From Caecitellus pseudoparvulus (Eukaryota > Protista > Bigyra: Bicosoecida), in contig CBFFRQ010000046.1 of assembly GCA_965644315.1 (NCBI GenBank), positions 4,950 through 68,949 on the forward strand: a stretch of DNA of 64,000 nucleotides. The letters run 5' to 3'. Numbering within the stretch: the stretch's first letter is position 1; the number at the start of each line of letters is the position of its first letter. Shown piece after piece: positions 31,901-43,300 of this stretch. A program made the translations under genes and the position numbers. The notes below the pieces were generated by a model. It worked only from the letters and a program-made list of their open reading frames with translations. It was not told the DNA's origin and ran no database searches.

Positions 31901-34794
31901 CGCGAGTCTGCGGCGTGTGTGTGCCCGCCCTTCGCCGGTGTGGGCGGGCAGTGCGGGGAGCGGGACGCCTGCGTCACGCACTGCGTCTTCCAGGGTGCCC
32001 GCCGACACAAGGCACGTGCAGCGCCGTGCACCTCCACGTGATGGGGCGCCCAGCCGTGCAGGTGCCTGGTTTGCGCCCTGGCATGCCGGGAACGCTGGAT
32101 GACGGCAGCGAAGTGCACCTGCTGCACCCAGCGGCAACTGCAGTGCACGAGTGCGGAACGGTGGGCGTGGAGCAGGCGCACCTGGCCCAGTGCGTGCTGC
32201 AGTTCCTCGCAGCATCAGGCGTCGAGCGACGGCTGTTCCCCCTCGTCACCAGCACGTCTCGCTCGGGATTGCCCTCTGCTTGGCGGTGTTTTCTGTCCCA
32301 CACCGCGCCCGGCGAACCAGGTGCCAACCTGCCCATCCCTGTCCTGCGCTGGCCCAGTGCCACTGGGGAGGGGTCACGGGGCTACGGCGCCTCACACCAG
32401 CGGAATGTGAGTGAGCTGTTCTGCGCGCAGGCCGAGCAGGGTGTGCCTCGTGGCAGTGCGTTCCCGGGCAGTGGCTTGCCGCAGGGCTACGGTGCGGCGC
32501 CCCGCCTGGTAGACGGGCAGAGCAGTGGCCACACAGGCACCGTGCACTTGTCAAGTTTGCCAAGCTACACGCCACAGTACGTGGTGCTGACCCTGCTCCG
32601 GTGGCTGGCCCGGCAGGCCGAGCCGGACCTGCCTCGCGGTGTCACGTCAAGCCCCCTCTGCCTGACACCGAGCAGCGCAGAAGTGCCGCAGGACAGTGCG
32701 TTCTTCCAGTGCTGCACCGCTTACGAAGGCATTATGATGGGGGTGCAGCAGCACGGGACGCGGCCAGGCGTCGGCTGGCAGGGCGACGCCGCGGAGGGGC
32801 ACGGTTTTTCGTGGTGGTGTCATGACGATGTGGCCGCGCTGGCGACAAGCTTAGGGTCGGGCCTCGTGCGCTTGGGGCGCCTGGCAGCGGGCGGGCGAGT
32901 CGGCATCCTCGCGACAAACTGCCGGGAGTGGCTGCTGACCGACGTGGCGTGTGCTTTCTACTCCCTGCACTCCCTCGCCCTGCACGCGCCCAGCTCGGAG
33001 GCGTTGGGGCGCTTGCTCACCATCGGCAGACCCGCCGTTGTCGTGACACACCGCAAGTTCACGCACGCCGTCATTCGCTGGGCACAGGCGCGTGGAGCAG
33101 ACACGCCTCCGCCAGTGGTCGTGCAGATTGAGCCGGTGGGGTACCACGAGCGCATGGCCGCACTGGAGGCGGCGGTGGAGCTGCACGACATGACGTTTGT
33201 GCTGGAGGCGGGGCAGGCGTACCCTCTCGCGCACTGCCTGCCCTTGCCGCAGGACGCGGCGACGTCAGTGTACACGTGGGGTGACGACGGCGCAGGTGCT
33301 GTCCCGGTGCCCACAGAGCACTGCCTCAGCCACAGCGACTTTGTCTCTGCAGTGGCTCGTTTCCGGTGCAGTGTGCAGGGGTCGCTGCTCAGCACTGCAG
33401 ACACGCACTTGTGCCATCTGCCCCTGCCGCACCTCACAGAGCGCATCGTGGCACACACTCTGCTTCGTCTGGGCGCGAAAGTGGCATTTGTGGGCGGCGG
33501 GTTGAACGCCGCGTTGGGCTGCCTAGGGGCGCTGCAGCCCACACTCCTGTGCGTCACGCCACGACTACTGGAAGTGCTGTTCTCGCACTTCCTGCGCATT
33601 CGACGGGCGTGGGCGACGTGGTACAGCAAGGCATACCTGGCCTCTGTCTCAGCCAAGGCGGCGGCGGTGCAGGGCGGGTGGGCCGCGCTGGCCAACGGCC
33701 TGACTGGAGCGGCGCCCCTGCCCAGTGCTGGCCAGGCGTCGGAAGCTGTGACGCTGCTGTCCCCTGCTCGGCGGTGGGAGGACGCGACGTTCTTTCATGA
33801 CGCCAGCCACGCCCTTGGCACTGCGCGGCTGAAGTTCATGATGGTGCTGGCGACGGGAGACAGCGGGGGGGTGGCGCCTCGTGCTGACGTCTTGGAGTTC
33901 GCGCAGGTTGCCATGTGCACGCCCCTGGTGGAGGTGGTGACTCACCCCACCCGCGGCATCCTGCTGACTCGCCCCATGAAGCTACCAGTCGTGCCAGCTG
34001 CCAGCGGTGCCGGGGCGGACCTGTCCCCCGCTCGGCAAGCCATCCTGCGCCTGGCCACACACGTGCCACTGGGACACCCCACGCCGGGCACGGTCCTGCA
34101 GCTGGAGCAAGTGCCTGGCAATTGCCGCCTGTGGCACATGCGGGTGGGCAGGTGCCCCCTCGGCAGCCCCCCTCGCGGCACAGGCGCAGGGGGGGACCAA
34201 CCCCCCTCGCGCGCCCCTGACGATGCTGGCTGGCTGGCCACTCGTGTGGCTGGGCAGTGGGTGCTGGCTGGCCACAGTAGCTCCCTCGCTGACACGCCAT
34301 GGGGTCCGCTGTGCCTGCACCGCCTGGAGTCCTTCGTGCATTGTGCCTGCAGCCTGCTGCGCAAGGTGTGGCTCGTTCCACCGCCCCTGCACACACCCAC
34401 TGCCCCTGTCCTGGCCCTGGCCGCAGTCAGCTCAGAACAGGCGTTCAGCTGGGCGACAGGTAGCGGCGTGGCGGAGCTAGCGGCACCTGCTGACGCGGGA
34501 GCCATTTGCGACCACCCTGCGACCCAGCAGTACGTGCTGCGCCGCCTGCAGGCAGCCATGCAGGTGCGTGACACACACTTGACGCCCAGTGAGGGGCGGT
34601 GCCTGGGGGCGGTGCGGCGTATTACGCTGTTGCCGGCGCTGGGGCGCGCCGGCGCCATGGTGGTCACGCCCACCGGCGAGCTGCTGCGTCGACAGCTGGC
34701 GAGCGTGCACCGCAGCACACTGCTGCACATGTACACGGCTGCCGGCTTGAGCGAGGCTGATGCGGAGCGGTGTGTGGGTGCGCCTAGCGAGTGA
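28985..34794 (+). CDS. Multidomain fusion: degenerate Nudix + sphingomyelinase-like EEP + TM helices + degenerate long-chain acyl-CoA synthetase; exons 28985-29351, 29417-34794
   Basis: A 65-nt GTGCG...GCAG intron joins ORF 28943 to ORF 29341 in frame. EEP motifs: SHNL, LQEVF, DSGL, AKG, NCHLQA, GDFN, RLDY, SDHY. ACSL-like segments: GILATNCREWLLTDVAC, HLPLPHLTER, LQPT...TPRLLE, VTPTGELLR. Confidence 0.82.
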
Positions 34795-35294
34795 CCTGCA
34801 GTCCCATGGAGCTGGCGGAGCCCAGCACCATCTTGGCCACCGCCTCCGTGGACATGCCTTCCAGGGACGGGTCGTACTTCTGCTTGGCCTTGGCAATTTC
34901 ATACACCGCCTTCACTGACACGGAGCCGGCACCGGCGGCTGCCGAGGCGGCGCCCTTGCTCAGCCCCGTCACGCGCTTGAGGAACCAGGACGTGGACGGC
35001 GGGAGAATGTCAAAGTTGAAGGTGCGGTCCTCGAACGCAGTCAGCCGCACGCGCATGATGGCGGAAGGTGCCAGACTGTCCGTCTTGTCGTTGAACTGCT
35101 TGCAGAACTCCTGGGCAGCGAGTAGGGAGGGTGGGAGTGCAGTGCGGAATTACGGCCGCCGGCCACCGCACCGCCGCTGCGCCACGCACCATCATGTTCA
35201 CGCCAAGGGGGCCCAGGGCCTGGCCAAGTTTAGGACTGGGCTTGGCTGTGCCGGCAGCAGCCGCGATGACAGTGATGCCTTTCACTGCTGCCAT
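34784..35294 (-). CDS. MRPL11: Mitochondrial ribosomal protein uL11m; exons 35294-35190, 35110-34784
   Basis: [32 protein letters not shown]...DRTFNF....PSTSWFLK...VYEIAKAK...GSASSMGL. Confidence 0.95.
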
Positions 35295-35416
35295 GGTTTG
35301 CGGGGGGGCAGTGCTGGTGGCGAGGGTTCGTCCGTGCCAGGCTCGGGCGCCGTGCAAGGTGTGGGTGGCCGACGTGGTGGGGGGGAGTGCAATGTAAGTG
35401 TGGGAGCGGGCGTGCA

Positions 35417-37332
35417 TTAGCCACTGCGGCCTGCCCGGCGCACCCCCCCCTTGCGGCGTGACCCCCCCTGCCGACCCGTCGCTCGCCGCCGAGGGGAGGA
35501 GCGCGTACGGGGGCGCTTGGGGGGGGAGGGGGGCGTCTCTGACTCGGTGGTGGCGGAGGGGGAGGGGCGGTGGGGCGGCGTGCGGGGGCGCTTGCGGGTG
35601 GAGGGGGAGGGGCTCCGCGAGGGGGGGGGTGAGAGGGGGGCCTGGCTGGGCACACCCCCCCTCCGCGCCGCCTGACCCCCCCTCCGCGGCAAAGGCGCCT
35701 CGCCAGCTGCCATCTGCACACCCAGGTACACTGCTGGTGCCACGCCATCTGCTATGCCACACAGTGCCCCGAAGTTGGTCAGCGCCGCCACCCCCTCTGC
35801 CTTGATCCTGGCCGCGTCGTGGGCCAGCGCCGCCTCCACAGGGGTGGGGAACACGCCCAGGTCGAAGCGCTGCCCCCGCACAGCGATCTCAGCGCCCCAC
35901 CTGGCGTGGTTGGCAGTCAAGTCTCTGTACACGCCCATGTACGGGGTGCTGTCCGACCCGCCTGGCACATCCAGCTGGTAGGGGGGGGGCGGCGGCGCAC
36001 CTGGCTCCACCAGCGGCACGTTCAGTGGCCGACCCGCTTGCCCAATCAGCATGTGGTTGAGGCTGGTGGCGAGGTCAGGCAAGGCCCGGCGGCCGGCAGA
36101 GCGCTGTAGCAGACGCCAGGCGGCTGCGTCGTGTGCTGCGTGTGCACAGGCGTCGGCGTGGTGGCCTGCTGCGGCGCGACGGGAGGGGGGTGGAGGCATG
36201 GACCCCCCCCCCCCTGCACTGGTGGATGCTACGCTGGCATCTAGGGGGGGTGAGGAGGGGGGTGGCGTGCCCCCCACTGAGATCCATCGCTCGGGGGCGG
36301 CGTCTGGCTGGTGCGTTGACGGCACGCCGAGGAGTGCTGAGCGCATGGCGGCGGGGGAGTCCGCCAGCGCCTTGATGCGTTTCATGAGGCGTCGGTGGGC
36401 AGTGGAGTTGCTGCCCGCGACGCCCCCCTGAAACGCATTGGGCGCCAGCGCAGCAAGGGAGGCAGCCCCCCCCACTGCCCCCAGACGCTTGGGCCGCACA
36501 CGAGTGGGGCATGCCCAATCCAGGCCCCCGCCATGCGCTAGCCCACCGATGCCCCGCACACCACTGCCCTGGCACAAGGCGGTGGTGAGTGAGGCCAGGC
36601 CTGCGGCTGGGGTGGGGGGCGGGGGGCGCACGCCACACAGCACCAGAGCCCGTGGGTCGCGTAGCGCAGCAACCACCTGCCCCTCTGCCAGGGCAGGTGC
36701 CTCCTCATCGGAACTGCTGTCCCCTTCCACACCAGTCCCCTGCAGCATGGCCACGAGGGTGCCTCGTTTGGGAGGGGGGGAAGGGGGGGGTGCGGTGCTG
36801 GAGGCACCCCCCCCTCGCCGAGCGGCACCCCCCCCCCCCGCCGCTCCGCCGCCGCAGCCACCGCCGCCGCCGCCGCCCGCCGTGCCTCTGCCTCCTGTAG
36901 GTCCGTCTTGGGCGCCACGGCGGTGAGGAAGTCTGTCAGGTCCACGGAGCAGCGGTAGAAGCGGTCCCCCACGTGCCGCACAGCGCCAGGCGGCAACAGG
37001 GAGATGCTCTCGCGGGGCTCCGTCCAAGGGTGCGTCCACACCTTCTCGTACAGCCCCTTGCGAGGACCCACCTGCACGCGGGGGAAGTACCCCAGCGACA
37101 CGTCCCCGCTGGGAGTGACGGCCTTCACGCGGGCCAGCCAAGCCTGCAGGCCACCATCGGCATCCTGCCCCACCAACGCCACCCACACGCCTGGCCGCAG
37201 CAGGGGCAGGTGTCCCATGTCTTCCCCATCACTGCTGCTGCCACTGCTGGACGTGCCGTCGGAAGGCGGTGGCGCTGCCTTGGCTCCCCGCCTTGCCTCG
37301 GAGCGGCCCCGACTGCGGCTGGAGCTGGCCAT
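35417..37332 (-). CDS. AP2/ERF DNA-binding-domain protein; apparent frameshift in C-homopolymers near 36810-36840
   Basis: AP2 domain STPYMGVY...RWGAEIAVRGQRFDLGVFPTPVEAALAHDAARIK...TNF (~35770-35950). Globular N-terminal ORF 36538..37332 switches to the frame of ORF 35417..37186 at poly-C runs. Confidence 0.72.
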
Positions 37333-37681
37333 TCAAATTCCGCAACAGCTCGCCTGTGCCTGACACGCTACACAGTGGACGCGGGAAGTGGGAAATGAAT
37401 GGGAGGTGTCAGAGTATTGCTGCATATTGGGATATTATGTTGTTTTGGCGTGCGCGGCTTTGTTGCGGTGTCGGCTATGAACCCTGCAAGGAGTACCGGG
37501 TACCTTGGTGATTTCAACGGCGCTCTGCAACAAAACAAACCCTCCACGAAACATCGTGTGATTCCATGCCCACTCCTGCAGGTGCCATTGTGAGCGCTGC
37601 AGGTCACTGTGCGCAGGGCTTCTGCTCGGCGGCTGGACGGGTGTGTGTGAAACGCAGCTGCAACGCCGACTGCCGCGCAGC

Positions 37682-40078
37682 ATGGATGCTTCCCGCCGTG
37701 CACGCATGGGCGGGACCCGCGAGGTGAGTGCTGCCAGATCAAATGCGGCTTTAAACGTCCATTGCACACTGCTGCTACTGCTCCGTCCAGGGTTCCGGGC
37801 GCACCGCGACGAAGCGCTCGTTTGATTTGGTGGGCAAGTGAGTGCCAGCAGCGGCAGCCGTTGTTGTGTATTGCTTGCAGAGCTCGCGGCCGCCACCACA
37901 GGCGATCGGGCGTGCGCATCAATTCGCGTGTGAAGAAGGGGCAGGACGGCTTTGACGACCTAAACGACTGGTTTGGAGACGGTGGGTGTCGCTGCAGTCG
38001 TCGGCCAACGGCCCCGCAATTCCGCACGCCTAACGTGTGCTCCGTCCCTCACCGCGCTCCCGCCGCCAGCGGCGCCACACCGCGCGACCCCCTTCACCCC
38101 CACAGACGCCAACCCCAACACATCCATTTCTGCCGCTGCACCGGCATCTGCGCGCCGTGTGGCGGTGCCTGCTCGGCCTCGCGCTCGCGCTGGGCGGCGA
38201 GGCAGTTTCCGCGCTCCACGCCGCACCGAGCCAGAGGAAGACAGCGACGACTACGGCCTGGGCGATGCAGGCGAGCGCAGCAGTTCAGGGGACAGCGCGT
38301 CTGACGTGGAGAGTCACTCCGCCTCCACCATCTCGGGGCCTGACTCGGACAGCGACGGCGGCCTGCCTGATGCAGCGTCTGTGGCTACTGGCGCCAACAC
38401 CACCATCTCCGACCTCAGCGCCATCCTGCCTGAGGAAGAGGAAGAGGAGGACAGGGGGGGGAGCGGTGCCAAGGGCCGAGGGAAGGGCGCGTCCTCTGCC
38501 GCAGTGGCGGCTGCGATGGAGGCGGCGCGAGCACTCACGTCGCGGGCGTCGGCGACTGCGACCAGCTCCACCCGCCGCTCGCCGTCGCCCTCCCCCCGCC
38601 GCGCCCCCACCCGCTCCTCCCGCCGGCAGACCATCTCACAAGGCACTTCCCCTGGCGTGGCGCTGCGCACACCGCCCGGCAGCAGGGAAGCACCAGCACC
38701 AGCACCAGCACCAGCACCAGCACCAGCACCAGCCAGCACTGCAGTGGGCACGTCACCGGCCAAGCTGGAGACACCAGCCCCAGCCCCAGCACCGAGCAGT
38801 GCGGGTCGCGGCAGGCGAGGGGGTGGCGGGGCCACCGCGCCACAGGCAGCAGCTGAGGCGGAGGGGGGGGGTGTCTCCCCCCCTGCAGACGACTGGCCTG
38901 GGGCGGGTGGGCACGACGATGAGGGGGGGGTTTTGGGGGGGGGTGTCGAGACCCCCACGCCGTCCCCCGCCCCCACCCCTGCCCCACGCAGAGGCAAGCG
39001 GGGGGGGGCCCGTGCCGCCAGGGGGGGGCGCGCGACACGCAGCCCTCGTGTGGTGGGTGGACCATCCCGGCGCAAGAGCCTGGCATTTGCTCCAGACACC
39101 AAGGCCGCCTCCAGCCCCGGCTCTGACTCTGATGAGCCCCGGCGCATCAGCGCTGTGTCCGCTGCAGACGTGCCGTCGTCAGACGACGACGCAGACTTCC
39201 TGTCGCCTGGTGGACACGACCGGCGCCGCATCCGCAAGTCGCTGGGCAGACGGGAGACAGTGCAGGGCAGTGGCGCGGTGCGGCGCAGCTCCCGGCGGCG
39301 GTGGGAGCCGCTCAAGTACTGGGAGGGCGAGCGGCAGGAGTACACGCGCGACACGGACGACGCCATAGCTGAGGTCATGCCCGTGGTGCGGGATGCTTAC
39401 AAGGTGGGCGTGCTGCTGACGGAGGAGGATCGCCGCAACCGGGCCGCGGCGAAACGCGGCACGAAACGCACGAGGTCGACGAAGCGCGGCGGGAGTGGGA
39501 GGGGCAGCAAGAAGGCCCGGGGCGGGTCCAGCGGGGGGGACGGCGAGCGGGAGGTGGTGGAGGTGGTGAAGGAGGTACAGGTGAAAGTGAAGGTGCCGGT
39601 GAAGCCACGTGAGATGCCGCCCCTGCCAGCCAGCAAGCTGCCGAAGGGGCTGCGCGTGTCGTCTGACGCGCGATTCAAGATCGAGGCGGCAGATGGGCAG
39701 CCTGCCTCCGTGGTGCCCGTGTTCCGGCAGTTCGAGGAGCTGCGGTTGCAGCGCCTGCCGGTGGTGGCGCGGCCGGACGGGAGCAAGCCCATCACCAGTG
39801 CGGGGGCCATGTTCGACACGTCGCAGTTCATCAGTGGTGTCATCGTGATGGAGCCGCAGTCGGCCAAGGCAGTGGAGAACTCCAGCGCCTGCACCCAGAC
39901 GTACATGGTGGTGACGGCCCAGCCCGGCAGCTTGCAGGTGGACATTGCAGACAAGACATTCTTGGCGGGGCCGGGGGACCACTTCTGGGTGCCGCCCGAC
40001 ACAGACATCTCCATGACAAACCACTCACCGGACACGCCTGCGGAGATAGGGTTCACCCTGCTGAAGCCGACGGTGTGA
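37682..40078 (+). CDS. CENPC: Centromere protein C (Mif2/CENP-C); 3 short 5' introns
   Basis: Spliced N-terminal Mif2_N-like RRSGV...VKKGQDGFDDLNDWF; CENP-C motif VRRSSRRRWEPLKYWEGERQEY; C-terminal cupin (SGVIVMEPQSAK...PGDHFWVPP....MTN). Confidence 0.9.
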
Positions 40079-40351
40079 GGGGGGGGGCAGCTCCCCTCTC
40101 CCTCACGGGCGCCATGCCGCGCCACCCCCCCACACCCAGCACACTCTGTGACGCATTTTCAATGCACCATGTTGCGCGATGTCTCCCGCACGCCAGCCCT
40201 GTGGCACGCGGCGTGCCCAAGTACCACTGCTGGGGCCAGCCATCTGCGCTGACACCAGCTGCCGTGCCGTGCCGGGGCCTGTGAATCAAGCACGGCAGTG
40301 TGGCGTTTTGAGGCAGGGCACGGCCTCTGCACAGCTCCCAGCAACACCGGC

Positions 40352-43300
40352 ATGGCCTCTGCCGCAGCAGGCGGTTCAAATGCCGACGCGCAAGGCTCGG
40401 CGCCACCTTCGGCAGGCGGCAGTGGCCCGCCACCCCCTGAAGGGCCCACAACAGGCACTGAAGCGGCGACAGGGCAAGCTACTTCTGTGAGCGCCTCTAC
40501 ACTCTCCGATTGGCCGGCTCTGGGCCACATCCAGGCGTCCGAGTTCGACGTCGAGATCCCGGTGCGGAACTTGAGCGCAGGCCTCGGCATGCGTGTGGTG
40601 GCAGGGCACATTGCCGCGGGGCAAGTGCACAAGGGCGCCGCAGAGGCAGGGTCAGGGCACATTCCAGCTGTCATCTTCGTGTCTTTCCTGTCCAAAGGCC
40701 AGGGTGCAGGGGCTGTGGAGGCCGCTGCCACTCTGCGCCAGCACGATGTGTTGGTGGGTTTGCAGGGGAAGGATGTGCGGGGGGTCGCCTTCCCAGCGGT
40801 GGGCCGCGCCCTGGCCAGCATCGTGAAGGCGGCCAAGGCAGGCTCCTCCTCAGCCGCCGCCCTGCGCATGCGTTTCTGGCGGGCGTGGGAGGGCGCCTGG
40901 TCCTGGGAGGGCGTGGGGCGCCCCAGCACCACCCTGCTGCATGCCACGCGGGCTCGGGGCATCGTGCCCTACCCCAACTCCGTCTCAGCACGCCTGCCCC
41001 TGGGCGGCGAGGCGTACCAAGAAGTGGGTCTGTGGCCCCTGCAGCGCGCCGCAGAGGCGGCCTTGCTGTTCGACCACCACCTGTTGGCACGGGGGGGTTG
41101 GAAGGCGGCTCCACGCACCAACTTCTACAGAGCCCTGCGCAGCCCCCCCCCCTCCCTCATGCAGCAAGGCATCGTGGGCCATGCCGGCATGCCCGTCACG
41201 CCACAGTCCACGCCCTGCTCCGCCCCTGGCGTGTTGAAGGTGCAGGTGCAGGGGCCAGGCCGCCCCAGCGCCTTCCCCGCCCTCACGGCCCAAGCTGCGT
41301 GGGCACAAGTGCAGCAGCGCCTGGGCATAGCGCCTGTGGCGGGGCAGGTAGGAGAGGAGGCAGGGGGGGCGCCGACGCCTGGCGCTGCGGGGGTGGGCGA
41401 GGGGGGCGGTGCCACCCCCTCCGCCCCCACCACCCATGTCCGCATGCGAGCTGTGCTGGGCAGTGGTCGGCCCATCCTGCCTCAGCTACGGGCCCAAATC
41501 TTGGTGCTGAAGATGCTGCTGGCGGGGTCAGGGAGCAGTGTAGCGCAGGAGCAGCTGGCGCTGGCCCTCACGGGGCAGCTGCCGGAAACCAAGCCACGGG
41601 CTCCACGACACCACCGCCGGCGAGCTGCAGCAGGGGTGGGGCGGGATGAGGGGTGGGGGAAGGGCCGCCGCGCTGCCCTGCCGACACGGGCACGCGCCAC
41701 GAAAGGCGGTGCTAAGCGGGGGAGGGGCAAGGGCAAGGCGCGCGCTGTGGGGGACGACAGCAGTGAGGAGGAGTTCGTGGAGGGGGGCGAGGGGCCGGTG
41801 GGGAGCGGCGGGTTTGTGCGGCGCAGCACCCGCCAGCGCTCCTCCAAGCAGCGATACACGGCCCAGGACGACGCAGAGCTGGGCATTGCGCCTTCTAGTG
41901 GAGAGGACAGTGCGGCGTCGGGCAGTGAGAGCGGTTCAGACCCGTCCCAGCAGTTCAAAGTGGAGCGTGTGCTGGGCGTGCGGTACAGTGAGCTGACATG
42001 GGAGGAGGTGCAGGCTGCCAAGCGTGCCGTGGAGGCGGGGGACGTGGACGAAGAGACGACCCACGGACAGGTGCAGTGGGAGCTGCTGGCACCCGAGCCG
42101 GGGGGAGGGGGCGGCTTGGCGGTGCCGGAGGAGGAGCGGGCTGTGAGGGCTCGCGACCGGGCACTGCTGCAGGCGACGATGGCCCTGTTCCCTGACGCCA
42201 CTGACCGCCGCGCCTTCCCTCGCCTGGAGTACCTGGTGAAGTGGAAGGGCGCGGCGTATGCGCATGTGGAGTGGGTGGCGCCGTCGTTCTTGACGCAGCT
42301 GAACAGCTGGGCGGTGCGGCGCGCCAAGGAGTTCCTGGCCACCCCCACTGCCACGAGTCAGTTGGAGGAGGAGGAGTCACGCGTCCTGGCCCTGCGCGAC
42401 CTGCCGGCCCTGGACGCCTTCGTTCCGGCAGAGTACATGGAAGCGGAGCGCGTGCTGACGTGCATGCACGCTGAGGGGGGGGGCGAGGATGGGACAGACC
42501 TGTGGTACTTGGTGAAGTGGTGTGGCCTGCCCTACACCGAGTGCACGTGGGAGACGGAGTCTGACGTGGGCAGCGCGCAGGTGCTGCAGCGGTTCAAGCT
42601 GATGAACATGCCGCCCTCGGATGCCGCCATCCGGGCCATGCCCTCCCTCAAGCAGGACTACAGGCCGTCCCCTGACGTATGGCGACGACACGACTCGTCC
42701 CCCGCGTTCAAAGGCGGGTTGAAGCTGAGGGAGTACCAGCTGGAGGGCTTGAATTGGCTGACGTGGAACTGGTACAATTTCCGCAACTGCATCTTGGCGG
42801 ACGAGATGGGCCTGGGCAAGACCATCCAGGCCGTGTCCTTCCTGAACCACCTCGTGACCCGGGAGCAAGTGCATGGGCCCTTCATGATCCTGGCGCCCCT
42901 CAGCACGCTGGGGCACTGGGAACGAGAAATCAACACGTGGACGTCCATGCAAGCAGTGGTGTACCACGACCCTGCGGGGGGGGCTGCCGGGCGCAAGCTG
43001 ATCCGGGAGCACTTGTGGCACTTCAGCAAGACTGATAAGCAAGGCGTGCCGGTGGGGTCGGGTGCCGAGTCCCGGTGGAGCAAGATGGGCCTGTTCAAGT
43101 TCAACGTCCTGCTGACTTCCTACCAAACCCTGCACAAGGACTGGGAGTTCCTGAGCCCCCTGTCCTGGCGGGCGGTGGTGGTGGACGAAGCCCACGCGCT
43201 GAAGAACACACACTCCCAGCTGTCAGCGAGTCTGCGCGGCCTGGACATCAAGAGCCTGCTGCTGCTGACGGGCACGCCCCTGCAGAACGACATGAGCGAG

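Noticed and set aside
37375-37400. E2F-like GCGGGAA site between the AP2 gene and CENP-C
   Set aside because: A short imperfect match in GC-rich DNA; not supportable.
35400-39050. Dense G/C runs as functional G-quadruplex elements
   Set aside because: Explained by Pro/Gly-rich low-complexity coding sequence; run lengths may also be sequencing errors.
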